A stretch of 61,876 nucleotides of DNA, filler included, from 4 parts of 4 records of this genome joined end to end with filler, not necessarily neighbours in it, one strand, 5' to 3'; positions 25,250-37,202 are shown, numbered from the whole stretch's first letter. The notes: generated by a model from the sequence alone, not told the origin. Program-made: numbers and translations.

Positions 25250-26170
25250 GCCGGGCCGGACAACATCCCTGCCTTGGCACCCCCGCCACGCCAACACGCG
25301 GGTGCAGCGCCAAGCAAGAGCAGCTGGACTAGACCGCTGTTACGACCCTGTTTCGTTCCTCCCCCGTCCAACTCACTCACGCCGGTCGTTGCCACGGTCG
25401 GAGGGTTACTACAACACGGGTCGCAGCGCCCGGGCGAGCTGCCGATGGCCCGCACTTGGAGCACCAGGTCGCCTCAGAGAGCGGCCTGAGGGGCACTGAC
25501 TCAGCGGCCGCCGGACTGCTGGGCCGGGCCCCCGGCTCGGCCCGGCCAGTGCGCGGGGTCCCAGGCGGCCGGCGCCCGAGTCACTCCGGGGGGCTCCGGC
25601 CGGCCGGGGCCAACCATTGGCCCGTGACTGGCGCCGCCGAGTCGGCGCCGGCGGAGTTTCACGCGCGGGCGCGCCGCCGGCCGGCCCCGCGGCCGCCGCC
25701 GCGGCAGCGCACCAGCGCGCCGCCGGCCGGCCCAGCGCGGCGCGAGCTGAATGGGGGCGCCCGCCCGGGCCCGGCCTCTGACTGCTGCGCTTGTTGGGCC
25801 GGGCCCGGCCGGCACGGCTGGCCGGTCACCGGGGCCGGCCCGCGTCGCGCGCCGTCGAACTGACGACTCAAGCACTGATCGGATGCCAATACTTGGCTGG
25901 GATTTCATAATTCCTCCTATGTTCCAAAACTGTTTTCTCGCGGCCCGGCCGGCCCGCCGGGCCCACGGCTTGCCGTTGGGCGCCGGCCGGGGCCCGGCCG
26001 GCCGCCTCGGCCGGGGGTCGGGGCGGCGCCCTCCTCGGCCGGGGCGGGCCGCCCCGGGCCCCGCACCCGGCCCCGTTCTGAGAACGCCGGCCCGGCCGCG
26101 GGCGCGCGCCGTTGGCCCCGGCGCTTCAGGTTCGCCAGGCCGGCTGTTGCCCCTGCCGTCAGCGCGGTTT
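25250..26170. promoter_or_regulatory. GC-rich intergenic island, probable bidirectional promoter
   Basis: Between the divergent USP and ARH-like genes; extreme GGCCGGCC content and CTGACTCAG at 25496. Confidence 0.5.
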
Positions 26171-26205
26171 CTATTTTAATTTACCAGGCCTCAGGAAACA
26201 GGTCC

Positions 26206-27597
26206 ATGTGGAGAAAAGAGAAATTACTTCGGCCAAAAAACATGGTCGTCGATTTAGTTCACATAGCTCGTCACATGAGCCTTAGTACACTTTCGCTTGG
26301 CGGGTTGCTAGTGTTATTTCTAGCGTTCTTGGTGCAGTGTATCTGGGCTTTACGGCGAGAGTCAGGCAAAGGTGACAAGGACCCCTTGGACACGGCAGAC
26401 CGCTCTATTGGTCTCATGCTTTGTGGAGCCATAGCCAACGCGAAATCGTTGCCTTTCGAGGGCATGACACATACTCAAGCGACTTCGTTTATGCACACGC
26501 TATCTCCAGACGAGTACCCTAACGTGGTGGAGAGTCATCCCCGTCTAGAGGCGGAAGACTGGCAGCCGGGATCGTGGGACCAGCACACTAGAATGATGCT
26601 AGGCGCCCAGCAATCCTTAGTGCGTGATGCTGCTGGGGACAAGGCGCTGAAAATCAAGCTTTTCGCGGAAACGTATTTGGAACAATGGAGGAAGGCTTCT
26701 CATAGGGGAACTTTTGATGCCGATATGCAGCGGGTCATGAGACTCCTTGACAAAAACAGCCGTCCTGACAGGTGCGGAATCGTAGACCTATTATCCCCGA
26801 CGTTTCTACCTACCCTTTGCCCCGTTGCCTTGGCGATTGCTGAGAAGAAGACTGCACTCAGACTGAGCGGTGCGTTGTCCGATAGGGATCCGTTGCTTCT
26901 CGAACACGAGATTGAGTTTATTGAGAAGGTGGTTTGTTTAACCCATCGCAATCCGGTTTCTGTTGTAGTCGGCACCGTTTTTGTAGCGTTCGCAGTTCAT
27001 TTGTTTCTGAGCAAAGGTCAAACTGGTCGTGTAACCTTGCTAGCGGGAGAGTCCGGAAGAAAAGACATCCTTAACAACATGATTCTTTACGCCACTGTGG
27101 TTGAAAAGCGATACCTGCGGAGGTCTGCTTTTCAGCAGATTGCTGGCGCTGACTGTCCTCAAGTGCCTGCCACATCTCCGTTGCTCCAAGCGGTGTCTCC
27201 AAGTTTGAAAACTCTTCAAGAAAATTTCGAGTCTTTGGGCGATGATTCGCTTGTGTCTTCGATTGTTTGTGGCGAGAAGTTGCCTGGAGGCGCCCCAATT
27301 GCGCCATGCAATAGGGCGCTAGCTCTTGTTTTTGCTGTCATTCTTCGCAGAGCCCCGTCATTCAACACTGTCGACGAAACACTTTGCTTTGGTGGTAATG
27401 ATATTCCTGCTGTAGCTACCACGACTGCAGCTGTCTTGGGAGGGGTTTTTGGTATGAGACTTGTATCACATAAGCAGAAATTGATCAAGAATCTCCAACA
27501 GAGCTCCAGTTTATATATGGCTGGAAATGTAATGGCGAGGCACATAAGAGAAGGGGTGAATGCCTCCACACAACCACGTAGAAATATGCACGAATAG
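26206..27597 (+). CDS. ADP-ribosylglycohydrolase (ARH/DraG) fold protein with N-terminal TM, probably inactive
   Basis: DRSIGLMLCGAIANAKSLPFEG, PGSWDQHT, LTHRNP and GGNDIPAVATTTAAVLGGVFG align in order with ARH motifs; hydrophobic N-terminal helix. Confidence 0.65.
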   Translation: MWRKEKLLRPKNMVVDLVHIARHMSLSTLSLGGLLVLFLAFLVQCIWALRRESGKGDKDPLDTADRSIGLMLCGAIANAKSLPFEGMTHTQATSFMHTLSPDEYPNVVESHPRLEAEDWQPGSWDQHTRMMLGAQQSLVRDAAGDKALKIKLFAETYLEQWRKASHRGTFDADMQRVMRLLDKNSRPDRCGIVDLLSPTFLPTLCPVALAIAEKKTALRLSGALSDRDPLLLEHEIEFIEKVVCLTHRNPVSVVVGTVFVAFAVHLFLSKGQTGRVTLLAGESGRKDILNNMILYATVVEKRYLRRSAFQQIAGADCPQVPATSPLLQAVSPSLKTLQENFESLGDDSLVSSIVCGEKLPGGAPIAPCNRALALVFAVILRRAPSFNTVDETLCFGGNDIPAVATTTAAVLGGVFGMRLVSHKQKLIKNLQQSSSLYMAGNVMARHIREGVNASTQPRRNMHE

Positions 27598-27611
27598 GTG
27601 GCTCGGGATGT

Positions 27612-29416
27612 TTAATTCATCCAAAGTTTCAAGATTTTGTCTTTTCCTCCTGATGCCACTCTGTCGCCATCAGGGGACCAATCTACTGTGAAAACCTCAT
27701 CTGCATGACCTGGCAGATCAAACTTGAGCTTCTTCGTCTTGAGGTCCCATACTTTCATCGTACTGTCCTTGCTTCCGCTCACTATCATTCGAGAATCCCC
27801 CGACCATCCAACCTGATAAACCGATCCAACATGGCCACGGAGAGCTGCCTCAAATTTTCCTGTCTTTCCATTCCACAAGCGCACGCTCTTATCAAAGGAG
27901 GCACTCGCGACCCAACGGCCATCAGGGGAAAAGGAGACCTGATTGACAAGTTGTTGATGGCCGTGTAGACGCGCCAATGGTTTCTTGGATGCCGAAGGCT
28001 CCCATAAATACATAGTGAAGTCGTCGCTTCCTGTCACCAACCGCTCCGGAGCTGATCCCTTGGCTTCAAGGTAGCGCTCCTTAGCCTTAGCTTGGGCTTC
28101 ACCCTTGTCCTCGATCCGAGCACCAGTGTGATCAAATGCACCTGTGCGAAGAACATAGTCCGTGCTCAAAGCCATAGTGTTCACCCAATGCGCATGCCCA
28201 TCCAGCGATCGTACACATGATCCCTGTGGTGGAACATCAGACATTACACAACATACTCTCAGCTTGTGTCCCTACATCATCCGCTGACCAGACTTTTACG
28301 CTCCTGTCTTCAGAACCACTATAAATCAAACCTTCTCCTCCCCACCGCACACATGTTACAGACATCGTGTGGCCGTTGATGGAAAAGAGAACCTTGCCCA
28401 ATGTCACGCTCCACACCTTCGTATGGTCAGAACAACACTATGATACAACCAATGACATACTCTCAATTGACCATCCTTTGAAGCGGATACAAGTCTATTG
28501 CAGTCCTTATTCTTGTGCATGGGCTCCCATGCAATAGCCGTGATCCACTTCGTGTGACCAGCAAGCACTGCGCCAGCTGCTCCGCCAGTCTTAGGGTCCC
28601 ACAACCTCACTGTTTTGTCCTTTCAAAATGTATCAGCGTCACTAGAGTGAATGCTGCGAGGAATCCACTCATACCATGCTTCCACTGGCAATCTTTGTGC
28701 CATCGGGAGACCATGCAATGCAAAGAACCCAATGTTTGTGTCCAGTGCAGGTGAACCGCGGGGTCTGCGTCATGATATCCCACACACGTACGCTTGTGTC
28801 ACCAGAAGCACTCGCAAGGCTTTGCCCATCTGGGCTGAATTGCACCGCCAACACAGCCTCAGTATGGCCTAATCGGACACAATTAGCTGTAGCCCACCAT
28901 AACACAATTCTAAAAGTACCTGAAAGGGAGCTTGTACACCTAGTTACAGCTTTTACGCGGAACACAGCCTGGGGCTGGTATTTCACCTTGACAACGTTCT
29001 CTGTTGACACTTTTTCGTCCGAAATAGTAGTCACCAAATCATTAGTAATCTCTGTTATAAACACTCAGTTTTTGCGACTTGTAGTCAGACTCAAGGCGTT
29101 GATACCAGTATCGTTAATATAGAAGCTGTAAGGCAACGGATCATCCTATCGTGCATGTTAGTATTATGAGCAATTCTGTCTGCGAAAGAGAACCCACGTT
29201 CTCCAAAATTTCGTTGAGGATACTCTCCAGCTGTTGCTGGGAAACATTTGAGGGTACGTCAAACTGTGGGCCTGCACCAGTTCATTCAGACAAAGAAAAC
29301 GCCAAGCTGAAGACCCATTTACCGGCAGCTTCTCCCTCCCCGGACTCAAACTGCACAATGACAGTTTCTCCAATATCAGGAGTAACTTCCTGCGCTTTGC
29401 GCTTTCCCTTGGACAT
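27612..29416 (-). CDS. NLE1: Notchless/Rsa4 WD40 ribosome-biogenesis factor
   Basis: YQPQAVFRVKAVTRC, GHTEAVL, GHAHWVNTMALSTDYVLRTG, LVTGSDDFT, DLPGHADEVF, ASGGKDK; multi-exon. Confidence 0.95.
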
Positions 29417-29880
29417 AGTTACGGCGACCTTCATTAAAGGAGACGTATGCTACTATGTATAGGCAGGACTGTGGTGGATCCTGTCCTGCAAACATGGGCC
29501 CCACGCATGGCGCGTGTAAGGACGAAGAGAAAACGCTTCCAGCTTGAGGACTCCAAACTGATTGCAGCATCAAAGGTGGGCCCAGCCGGGGAGGCTGATC
29601 GGAATCCTTCAAGGCCATGATTGTGCCCTTGTCAACATACCGGTCACAGATTGAACACAGACTGAAACTTTAGCTCCGATATTTTCAATATTGTCCAATA
29701 ATCTCATGTGGGCACAGCCTCGCTGGGCCCAACTCCACCACATGGGGACCGTGTAGGCAAAGGACTCAACTGCTGGCTTGAGGTGTTCACAGACCACCTC
29801 ACCATGACCCCAGTCACCAACAGTTGGGGAAGGCTTGACTGAAGTAGAAGCACGCTAACAAAGCTTGGGCAAACACCACT

Positions 29881-30999
29881 ATGGGAGATAGCCCTAACGT
29901 TGTGGCGGCAGAAGAGACTCCGGTCGTCGCGGAAAACGCCGAAAAGGAGATACTGACTTTAGAAGAGAAGCTTCAACAGCAATTTCTTGGTATTTGACCT
30001 TGTATGGAAAGTGTACCATATTCTTACAGCGACACAGATGGCAGCGATGGGGACTATGAGTTCAACTATAGTGGAGCGGAGGAGGAGGAGGAGGAAATTG
30101 TTGAGATGACTGAGGATGAGTTGCTTGCGCTGCTTGACAAGCAGCAAGATCCATTCAAACTCTGTGCAAAACTCTTTGTGGAGGATGAAAAGATCGAGCA
30201 ACAAGAGTTTAAAGTTGTCAATAAGGATACTATTCGCAAGTTACGTAACCATGGATATGTAGTTGTTGACGGTTTGGCTGGCTCAGACCTTGGCAAATCG
30301 ATTAAGGAAGAGGCCCTTGCTGGCATGGAATCTGGAATGTTGAAGGCCGCAAGTAACGTCCGCGAAGATGATATGTATGCTTTTGTTGTAGATATGCTGA
30401 TAGATTATTGATGTTTTCCTGCAGATTTAGAGATGGGAAGGCTCGTGGGGACTACATTCGCTGGCTGCATGCCGAAGATGTACATGACGGCAATATCGGA
30501 AAATATATTCAGATACTAATGGGAGACATGCTGCATGACTTGTCTAGTGTGATTCACCTCAATAAGACAACTCCTGAAATGATGATCACGTGTTATCCTG
30601 GAGGAGGGTCTCTTTATGAGCGCCACCGTGATAGCATGCCTGATGGGGGGGCCGAAGTTGGACAACGACGGTGAGTTGCCCTTTTGTCACGGAGAAAGAA
30701 AGCTTATGCGGCTTGTCATTCAGTATCACAGTTATCACATATATGAACCATGACTACAAGCGGGAGGATGGTGGAAGCCTTCGCGTTTATGTAAGCCGCA
30801 CAGATTCTGCCGTTGATGGCAAAGAGTTTGTTGATATCGAACCATCTTGTGGCCGTACGGTGATATTTTTGAGGTAATCCTTCACAAAATACCCTACGTC
30901 TTGTGGCTTACGGATTTTTGCGTGTGTAGTGGCGCTGTCTGGCACGAAGTTCTGCCTTCATTCTCGAGTCGGGTCGCCGTGACGGCGTGGTACCAGTGA
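29881..30999 (+). CDS. EGLN/PHD-like 2OG-Fe(II) prolyl hydroxylase
   Basis: RGDYIRWL, CYPGGGSLYERHRD (HxD), ITYMN..GGSLRVY, DIEP..GR, HEVLP..RVAVTAWY; four introns. Confidence 0.8.
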
Positions 31000-31393
31000 G
31001 AGGGCCATCGACGATAGTTTCTTTTATTTACTTTTTATGGTATTAATTGATTATACAAAGATCCTGTGGAAGATTGATGTAACGGCTCACCACCGTTGAC
31101 TGTACACACACAGACTGAGTGCCCGGGAGCCGCCGGGGCACGGGTCACGGGAGTCTGCCGGCCAACCGCGGGGCAGTGGGCCCAGGGCCGACCGGAAGGA
31201 CTCGGCCAGCCAGGCCCATCCTCGGGACCACCTCCGGCCGGCGGGCTGCCAGGCGCCCGGTGGCCACCAGCAGTACTCTCCAGCAGCCGGGCCTAACGTG
31301 TCTGTCCCCCAGTAGTTCCTCGGTCGGAACTTTCGTAGAGCAGAAGGATAAAACCAGCTAGAGAATACATGAAGTATATGTTCAAGCTACTTC

Positions 31394-32069
31394 ATGCGGA
31401 ATAGCATGGCTGAAACAAATGAAGTACCGCTTGAAGATATGGACGACTCCAGGACGTCCCCTGAGAATGAAGAAAGTATTTGCAACCCTGTAGAACCAAT
31501 GCAGGACCCACTAGATCAAGTGGAGAATGTGGCCCCGGTTACTGAGGAGGAAGCTGCGACATCCTTAGATAATGTAGACACCGATGAGTTGTCACAAAAA
31601 GAAATGGAGAAGAAGGCCGAGGCTGAGCGTGCTAGCATTCGCATGACCCAAATTGCGGAGTTGGCCACTGGCCAAGCAAGAAGGCTTGAGCGCATTGCTG
31701 AGATTGATGATGAGCTGCATAATGCGGAAGCTGCGCGACTGGCAAAGTTGTCTAGACTTCAACAATCTGAGGAAACAAGGTTGAAAAGAATTGAGACTCT
31801 TCGAACTGACCAAGAAAAGAGATCTCAAGCTATCAAGGAGTTGACGGACTCTGCACCTGAAAGATTGCTGCGACTGAATACCTTGCGAGGCGAAAGAGAA
31901 ATAAGACAAAATCGCATAGAGGAACTGAAGGCTACTGAGAAACGTCGCATAGAAAAGGTCAGGTCACTTTAAATGTGCAGTAGCAAAGCATGCGTAACCG
32001 CAGAACTTCCAATACCTGGGGGCGAAGGTATTCTGTGAAGAGTCAAAGAAGGAAAGAGTCCTCCCTTGA
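31394..32069 (+). CDS. acidic/coiled-coil hypothetical protein
   Basis: ORF 31394-31972 with repeated RL.RI..L helices; intron 31958-32003 leads to TGA at 32067-32069. Confidence 0.6.
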
Positions 32070-32163
32070 TCAAGCATGTTCTTCCATACCGTGTAAGCTT
32101 AGAACCCAAGGAGGTCATCGATATCCTGCGAATGGCGGAATTAAACAAGACGCGACAGGCAAA

Positions 32164-33956
32164 CTACGCAACGTTACTAGGTACCTTATCATCGATTGTT
32201 GCTGCTGGTTTGGACTCGACCGCACCAGTCAAGTTTGATACGTCCCCATCGTTCAAAAAAGCATCAAAGTCTACATCATTGTGAGCACCTGGTAACAAGT
32301 GGATACTAAATAAATAAAAGAAATACCATCCATAATCTCTTGTGCAGACTGTCCAACCTTTTCGCTGGATCCTGACGGTGCAACAGCAACGTCTTCGAGT
32401 GAGGCAAGGAACGAATCAGTAGAGCCTCTCTTCCCCCCTTTCGCAAGAGGTGCTCCCATTGCCGGTTGAGGTTTCGATTCTGCACCTTCTTCACCCAGCA
32501 GATCCAACATCGCAGGGTTTGGAGTAGACGATACTCCTGTATCTGAATGAGAACTGTCCGCTAAGGGTGCGCCAATCAATAGCTCGGAATCCATCGCGCC
32601 ACCACTACCGGATGCAGCTGTAGGAATGGAGCCCCTGCCCTTGTTCAATGTTAAATCAAATGCATCCTCATCGTCATCATCGTCTTCGTCGTCATCACCG
32701 AGGGAAAATGCACTGGGATCAGCTGGAACAGATGCATTCAGCCCAATATCTCCACCCAACTGCATGGGCTGCTGTGAGCTGGCAGAGTTCAGGTTCATTT
32801 GGCCAAACATGGCATCCACTGGTCCTGCAATCTTCTGTTCTTGCTGGGCGTCAACAACATCTAGCGACATGAGATCCGCACTCGGTTCAGTTGGGATGGA
32901 TGACGCTGCAGGTGCAGTGGCCGGTCTTGAGGGCACAACCAACACCTCTTCGGTGAAATCAATTAGAGAACCTCCACTGTCCCCAGCCTTCTTTTCTTTC
33001 CACATCTTATACTCCTGCTTATATTGCGTCATCACATGATTAAGCTCATCGTTAAGATCAAGCAACTTGGGAAGCACTTCATGAGATCCAAGCTCGCCAA
33101 TCAAGTGCTGTAAACGAGGGGACATTTCCGATAAGTTCGTGAAAAGTTCTGCAACAATTTCGTTGTCTTCAAAGTTCTCTTCTGGACTGTTGAAGGAGAG
33201 CATTTCTGATAGCAAAGTAATATTCTCCTTGAGAATGCCAAGGTCACGAAGGAGTTTCTCATCAGACGACTCCTGAGATGAGGCTAGTTTGGGAGATGAA
33301 GGTTTTGAGTCGGATCCCTTTCGAACCGAGCTACCCTGAGGAGCACCGACACTCTTTCCTATTGTATTCTTCACTGAGTCAGCAACAGAACCGTGTAGGT
33401 TCTTCCTGTAGGCACGTGTACCATCTGGATTGTATGCTGGAGGAGTCAGTACAGGCGACACCTCCATGTTCTCATTTGGGAAGACATAGCCACTATTCTG
33501 CATATCCACATAAGTTTCGACAAACTGCGGATACCTTCCGCCTTGTTGGCTCTTAAACGCTTTTGCCCAGGACTCAATGAGCTGGGCCGCTTTGTCAGAG
33601 ACTTTCTTTTCGCCCTTTCTGTGGGCAGCCTTGACGACCTCGGATATAAATTCTTTCGATGCAACTTGATTATGAAAATCAGAGTTGCCGTTTTTAACGC
33701 AAGAATCCAATAGGGTTAGTGCAAGTAGTGAGACTTTGGGGTTCTTGTTCGCGATTCGTTTTCGCAGGGCTTTCGTTGCTTCCTTGTGAGGGCCCGACTC
33801 CACTCCAAACACGTTCATTTTGGAAGGTTGTGCCTCCTGCTGGTTGATGAGATCGCAAACTTGCATGTTGGCTACCCAGTCTGGACATATCAAATATTCA
33901 CTCGTTGCTTTTTCGACCAAGATGTGGACAGGTGATGCAGGGGCAAAAAACTCCAT
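32164..33956 (-). CDS. TOM1: TOM1-like VHS-GAT endosomal adaptor
   Basis: VEKATSEYL..PDW..N..CD.IN, ALTLLDSCVKN (VHS); LLDLNDELN (GAT); a terminal intron yields DDFDAFL. Confidence 0.85.
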
Positions 33957-34910
33957 TGCAAAGCCCGATCAAGCCTGTCTTACCAATATGAGTACGGAAG
34001 CCTTCAAATGTACTTGGGCTCTCAACAAGGTGTCCTCGGCACGTAGGTTCGAGTGCCCTCGGGATGTCGAAGCGCATGGATTGGAAAGAGGCTTCAATGC
34101 AAAACTTTCGATATCACCAAGCAGCTGTCAACATGGTGGGACCTCCACCTCCCTCGACTGCCTGGTAGTGAGTAGGGTTCGGACTGGCGCTTCGTGCTCT
34201 CACCGACCGGGTCTACAAACCCAGCCCGACCGGACTCGAGCCCCAGGCTACGGCGGCCCGGCCGGCCGCGGCCGGCGGCCGCGCTGCACTTCACCCTCCG
34301 ACGCCCGCCGTCCGATGGCGAAAGGCTCACGCACGGCACTCACAGCACTCCTGTGGCATGAGTGGAACCGAGTTTGAGTTTAGAAAATTCAACCGCTTTT
34401 TATTTATTATTTTCTCAGTGAACAGAACAGCAGGATTCGGACCTACTACTTCGGATGATGATGATGACACGCCTTGCTTCTAAAATTGGGATTCCATTTT
34501 TAGCTTTCTTTTTTGGTGACCCGTGTCCCTTGATGGGTCTCCCTCACACCCTCGATCCCAGCCCGGGGCGGATAAGGTTGTTGGATCGGCCGCTGTGATG
34601 TGGTGCGGTCACCCTGCTGGTAGGGGTAAGGGCCAGAAAGCAAAGCCGCTGGGATACGGACCTGATCCGACCCGGCACCCGGCACTTGCATTGGTTGAGC
34701 TTCAGCTGGGGGTCCGGCTCTCGACAGCAGCCAAGGCCGGCATAGACACTTTGGGCAGCGTCGTAGCCGGGGCTCGTCGCTGCGGACGCTCAGGGGGGGG
34801 TCGCTATCGGGAAGAGTGTATTGTTGGATCGACGAGGGATCCAACGTTGTATTCTTGGTTCGCAGCGCAGCGACCTTACCCTAACCACGCAGGCAGCAGC
34901 GCGGTACTGA

Positions 34911-34935
34911 CCCCCCCCCCCCCCCCCCCCCCCCC
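34911..34935. repeat. poly-C tract at contig 2 end
   Basis: 25 consecutive C directly before the linker. Confidence 0.9.
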
Positions 34936-35035
34936 NNNNNNNNNNNNNNNNNNNNNNNNNNNNNNNNNNNNNNNNNNNNTTAATTAATTAANNNNNNNNN
35001 NNNNNNNNNNNNNNNNNNNNNNNNNNNNNNNNNNN
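34936..35035. other. artificial contig linker (eukaryote/bacterium boundary)
   Basis: N44-TTAATTAATTAA-N44; abrupt composition change. Confidence 0.98.
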
Positions 35036-36581
35036 AAGTTTAAGTCCTTTAGAAACCGAAGAAGGTCTGTTGGTTTCAACAGCAATTCGTGATATTACAC
35101 TACAGAAAAAAGCAGAAAATGAACTTGTTCGCAAAAACCAATTACTAAATTTTGCTGAAAGGATTACCTTAATGGGAAACTGGCAATGGAATTTACTAAC
35201 AAATAAAGTAATATGGTCTGCGAATCTCTATGATATATTTGGTCAAGAAGCTAATACCAATGTAGTTTTCGATACTTATTTTAATTATGTACATCCAGAC
35301 GATAAAGAACGCGTAAGCAATCACATTGAAAAATCCTTTGAAGCGAAAAGGTTTAATGATTTATTACACCGTATTCTATTAAAAGATGGTACAGTAAAAA
35401 CAATTCATCTTCTAGCAGAATTTATCACTAACCCCGCTGGAGAAGTAGTTGAACTTATTGGGGCATGCCAAGATGTGACTAAGCAAAAAATGGCAGAGAA
35501 TAAGTTTAGAGGCTTATTAGAGTCTGCTCCCGACGCAATGATTATTATGAACGAGAAATGGAAAATTCAACTTATTAATAAGCAAGCAGAAAAACTTTTT
35601 GGATACACCATAACTGAATTACTGGAAAAATCTATTGAGGAACTTATTCCATCACGATTTAGAAGCGACCAAACAATTCAGGAAGCAATTTTACATACTA
35701 CTTCTGAGGTTAGTGCCGTAGGATTTCAAGAGGATCTATTCGGAATAAATAAAGAAAATACTAAAATACCTATTCAGATTAGCTTAAGTCCGTTGGAGAC
35801 TGAAGAAGGTTTATTAATTTCTGTAGCTATTCGTGATATTACAATTCAGAAGGAGGCAGAAAATAGAATAATACAAGCTAAGGAAAGCCTAGAAGTTTTA
35901 ACGGAGCATTTAAAGGGGCAAAATAATAAGCTGGCTGAATTTGCGCATATCACTTCCCATAACTTGCGTGCTCCTGTAAGTAACTTAAATGCACTGCTTC
36001 ATCTATATGATATGGCAGATAATGAAGAAGAAAAGAAAATATTGTTTGAAAAATTCGAGTTAGTAATAAGTCATCTCACAACAACCCTAAACACATTAAT
36101 AGAAGCAATAAAGACTAGAAAAGAAATTGAAAAACCATTACAAACATTACACTTCGAAAAAATACTTACTAAGACAAAAGAGATTACTTCGGGTCAAATT
36201 ATAGAAACAAAAACAATTATAAGAAGCGATTTTTCAAAAGCACCTACAATTAAATATCATAAAACCTACCTGGAAAGTATTTTCCTTAACCTTATAACAA
36301 ACGCTATGAAATATAGCTCCCCAGATCGCAATCCTGATATATTTATTAAAACAGATTGTGTAGACGGTAAATTAATTCTTACATTTCAAGATAATGGATT
36401 GGGCATAGATTTAAAGAAACATGGCCATAAATTATTTGGACTTAATAAGACATTTCACCGTCATCCTGAAGCAAAAGGTGTTGGACTTTATCTAACTAAA
36501 ATACAGGTTGAGACTATGGGTGGTTCGATATTTGCTAGCAGTGAAGTGAACAAAGGTTCTATTTTTACTATAATCTTTTAA
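35036..36581 (+). CDS. multi-PAS sensor histidine kinase (5' truncated)
   Basis: PAS motifs VHPDD and LLESAPDA; H-box HITSHNLRAP; NLITNAMKY, DNGLG, GVGLY. Confidence 0.9.
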
Positions 36582-36591
36582 ATAAACGAGG

Positions 36592-37008
36592 ATGAAAAAT
36601 TTATATTCTATCTGTGTAATTGACGATGATAAAATCTATCAATATACTGTGTCTAAAATATTAAAGGCAAATGAGTTAGCTAAAGACATTCTTGTTTTTT
36701 CGGATGGAGAGGAGGCTTTAGAGTTTTTTATTGAAAACCAAGAAGTAAATGAAAACCTTCCTGATATAATCCTATTAGACATTAATATGCCTATAATGGA
36801 TGGGTTTCAATTTATGGAGGAGTACATAAAACTTAAACCAAGCATTGAAAAAGATATTGAGGTTTTTATGGTTTCATCTTCGGTAGATTCAAGTGATGTG
36901 GAACGCTCTAAAAGAATTACAGAGATCTCTGATTATATTGTAAAGCCGATAAAATCTGATGAAGTAATTTCAATAGTAACCACTTTTCACGATAAAAATT
37001 CAGATTAG
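36592..37008 (+). CDS. single-domain response regulator
   Basis: VIDDD, ILLDINMPIMDG, YIVKP. Confidence 0.92.
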   Translation: MKNLYSICVIDDDKIYQYTVSKILKANELAKDILVFSDGEEALEFFIENQEVNENLPDIILLDINMPIMDGFQFMEEYIKLKPSIEKDIEVFMVSSSVDSSDVERSKRITEISDYIVKPIKSDEVISIVTTFHDKNSD

Positions 37009-37202
37009 TTTTTCGCAGTTTCTTATGGCTAGAAGGCTAATTTATAAGTCTTTTAGTGGTATACACCCTTCTATTTATTAAAGGAATAAGCAATCCAATT
37101 TAAATATTGAGAGTTGTTTTTATTGTATTTAATATACTTCTTCAAATTTTAAAATGACTCCTTGGTATTTGGCATATAAACATGGATTGTTTTTTGATTC
37201 AC

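Noticed and set aside
25204-26179. Overlapping Pro/Arg/Gly/Ala-rich ORFs here and at 4.3-4.8, 15.5-16.4 and 20.3-20.9 kb
   Set aside because: Expected from stop-codon scarcity in extreme GC; no recognisable protein motifs.
32066-32284. Plus-strand 72-aa ORF
   Set aside because: Antisense to the terminal TOM1-like exon (DDFDAFL), which is better supported.
348-33956. Stop-codon reassignment or frameshifted pseudogenes as the cause of fragmented ORFs
   Set aside because: Every break I examined is resolved by a short GT-AG intron under the standard code.
1661-33956. Apparent cluster of ubiquitin-system genes (RING, F-box, DWD, USP, TOM1)
   Set aside because: Spread over two unlinked contigs, and such genes are abundant in eukaryotes.
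34040-34062. tRNA T-loop-like GGTTCGAGT
   Set aside because: No T-stem pairing or cloverleaf.
34911-34935. Poly-C ends as telomeres
   Set aside because: Homopolymers in GC islands commonly break assemblies; no telomeric repeat unit is seen.
34900-35100. Apparent eukaryote-bacterium junction suggesting HGT
   Set aside because: The two sides are separated by an artificial linker; no physical adjacency is shown.
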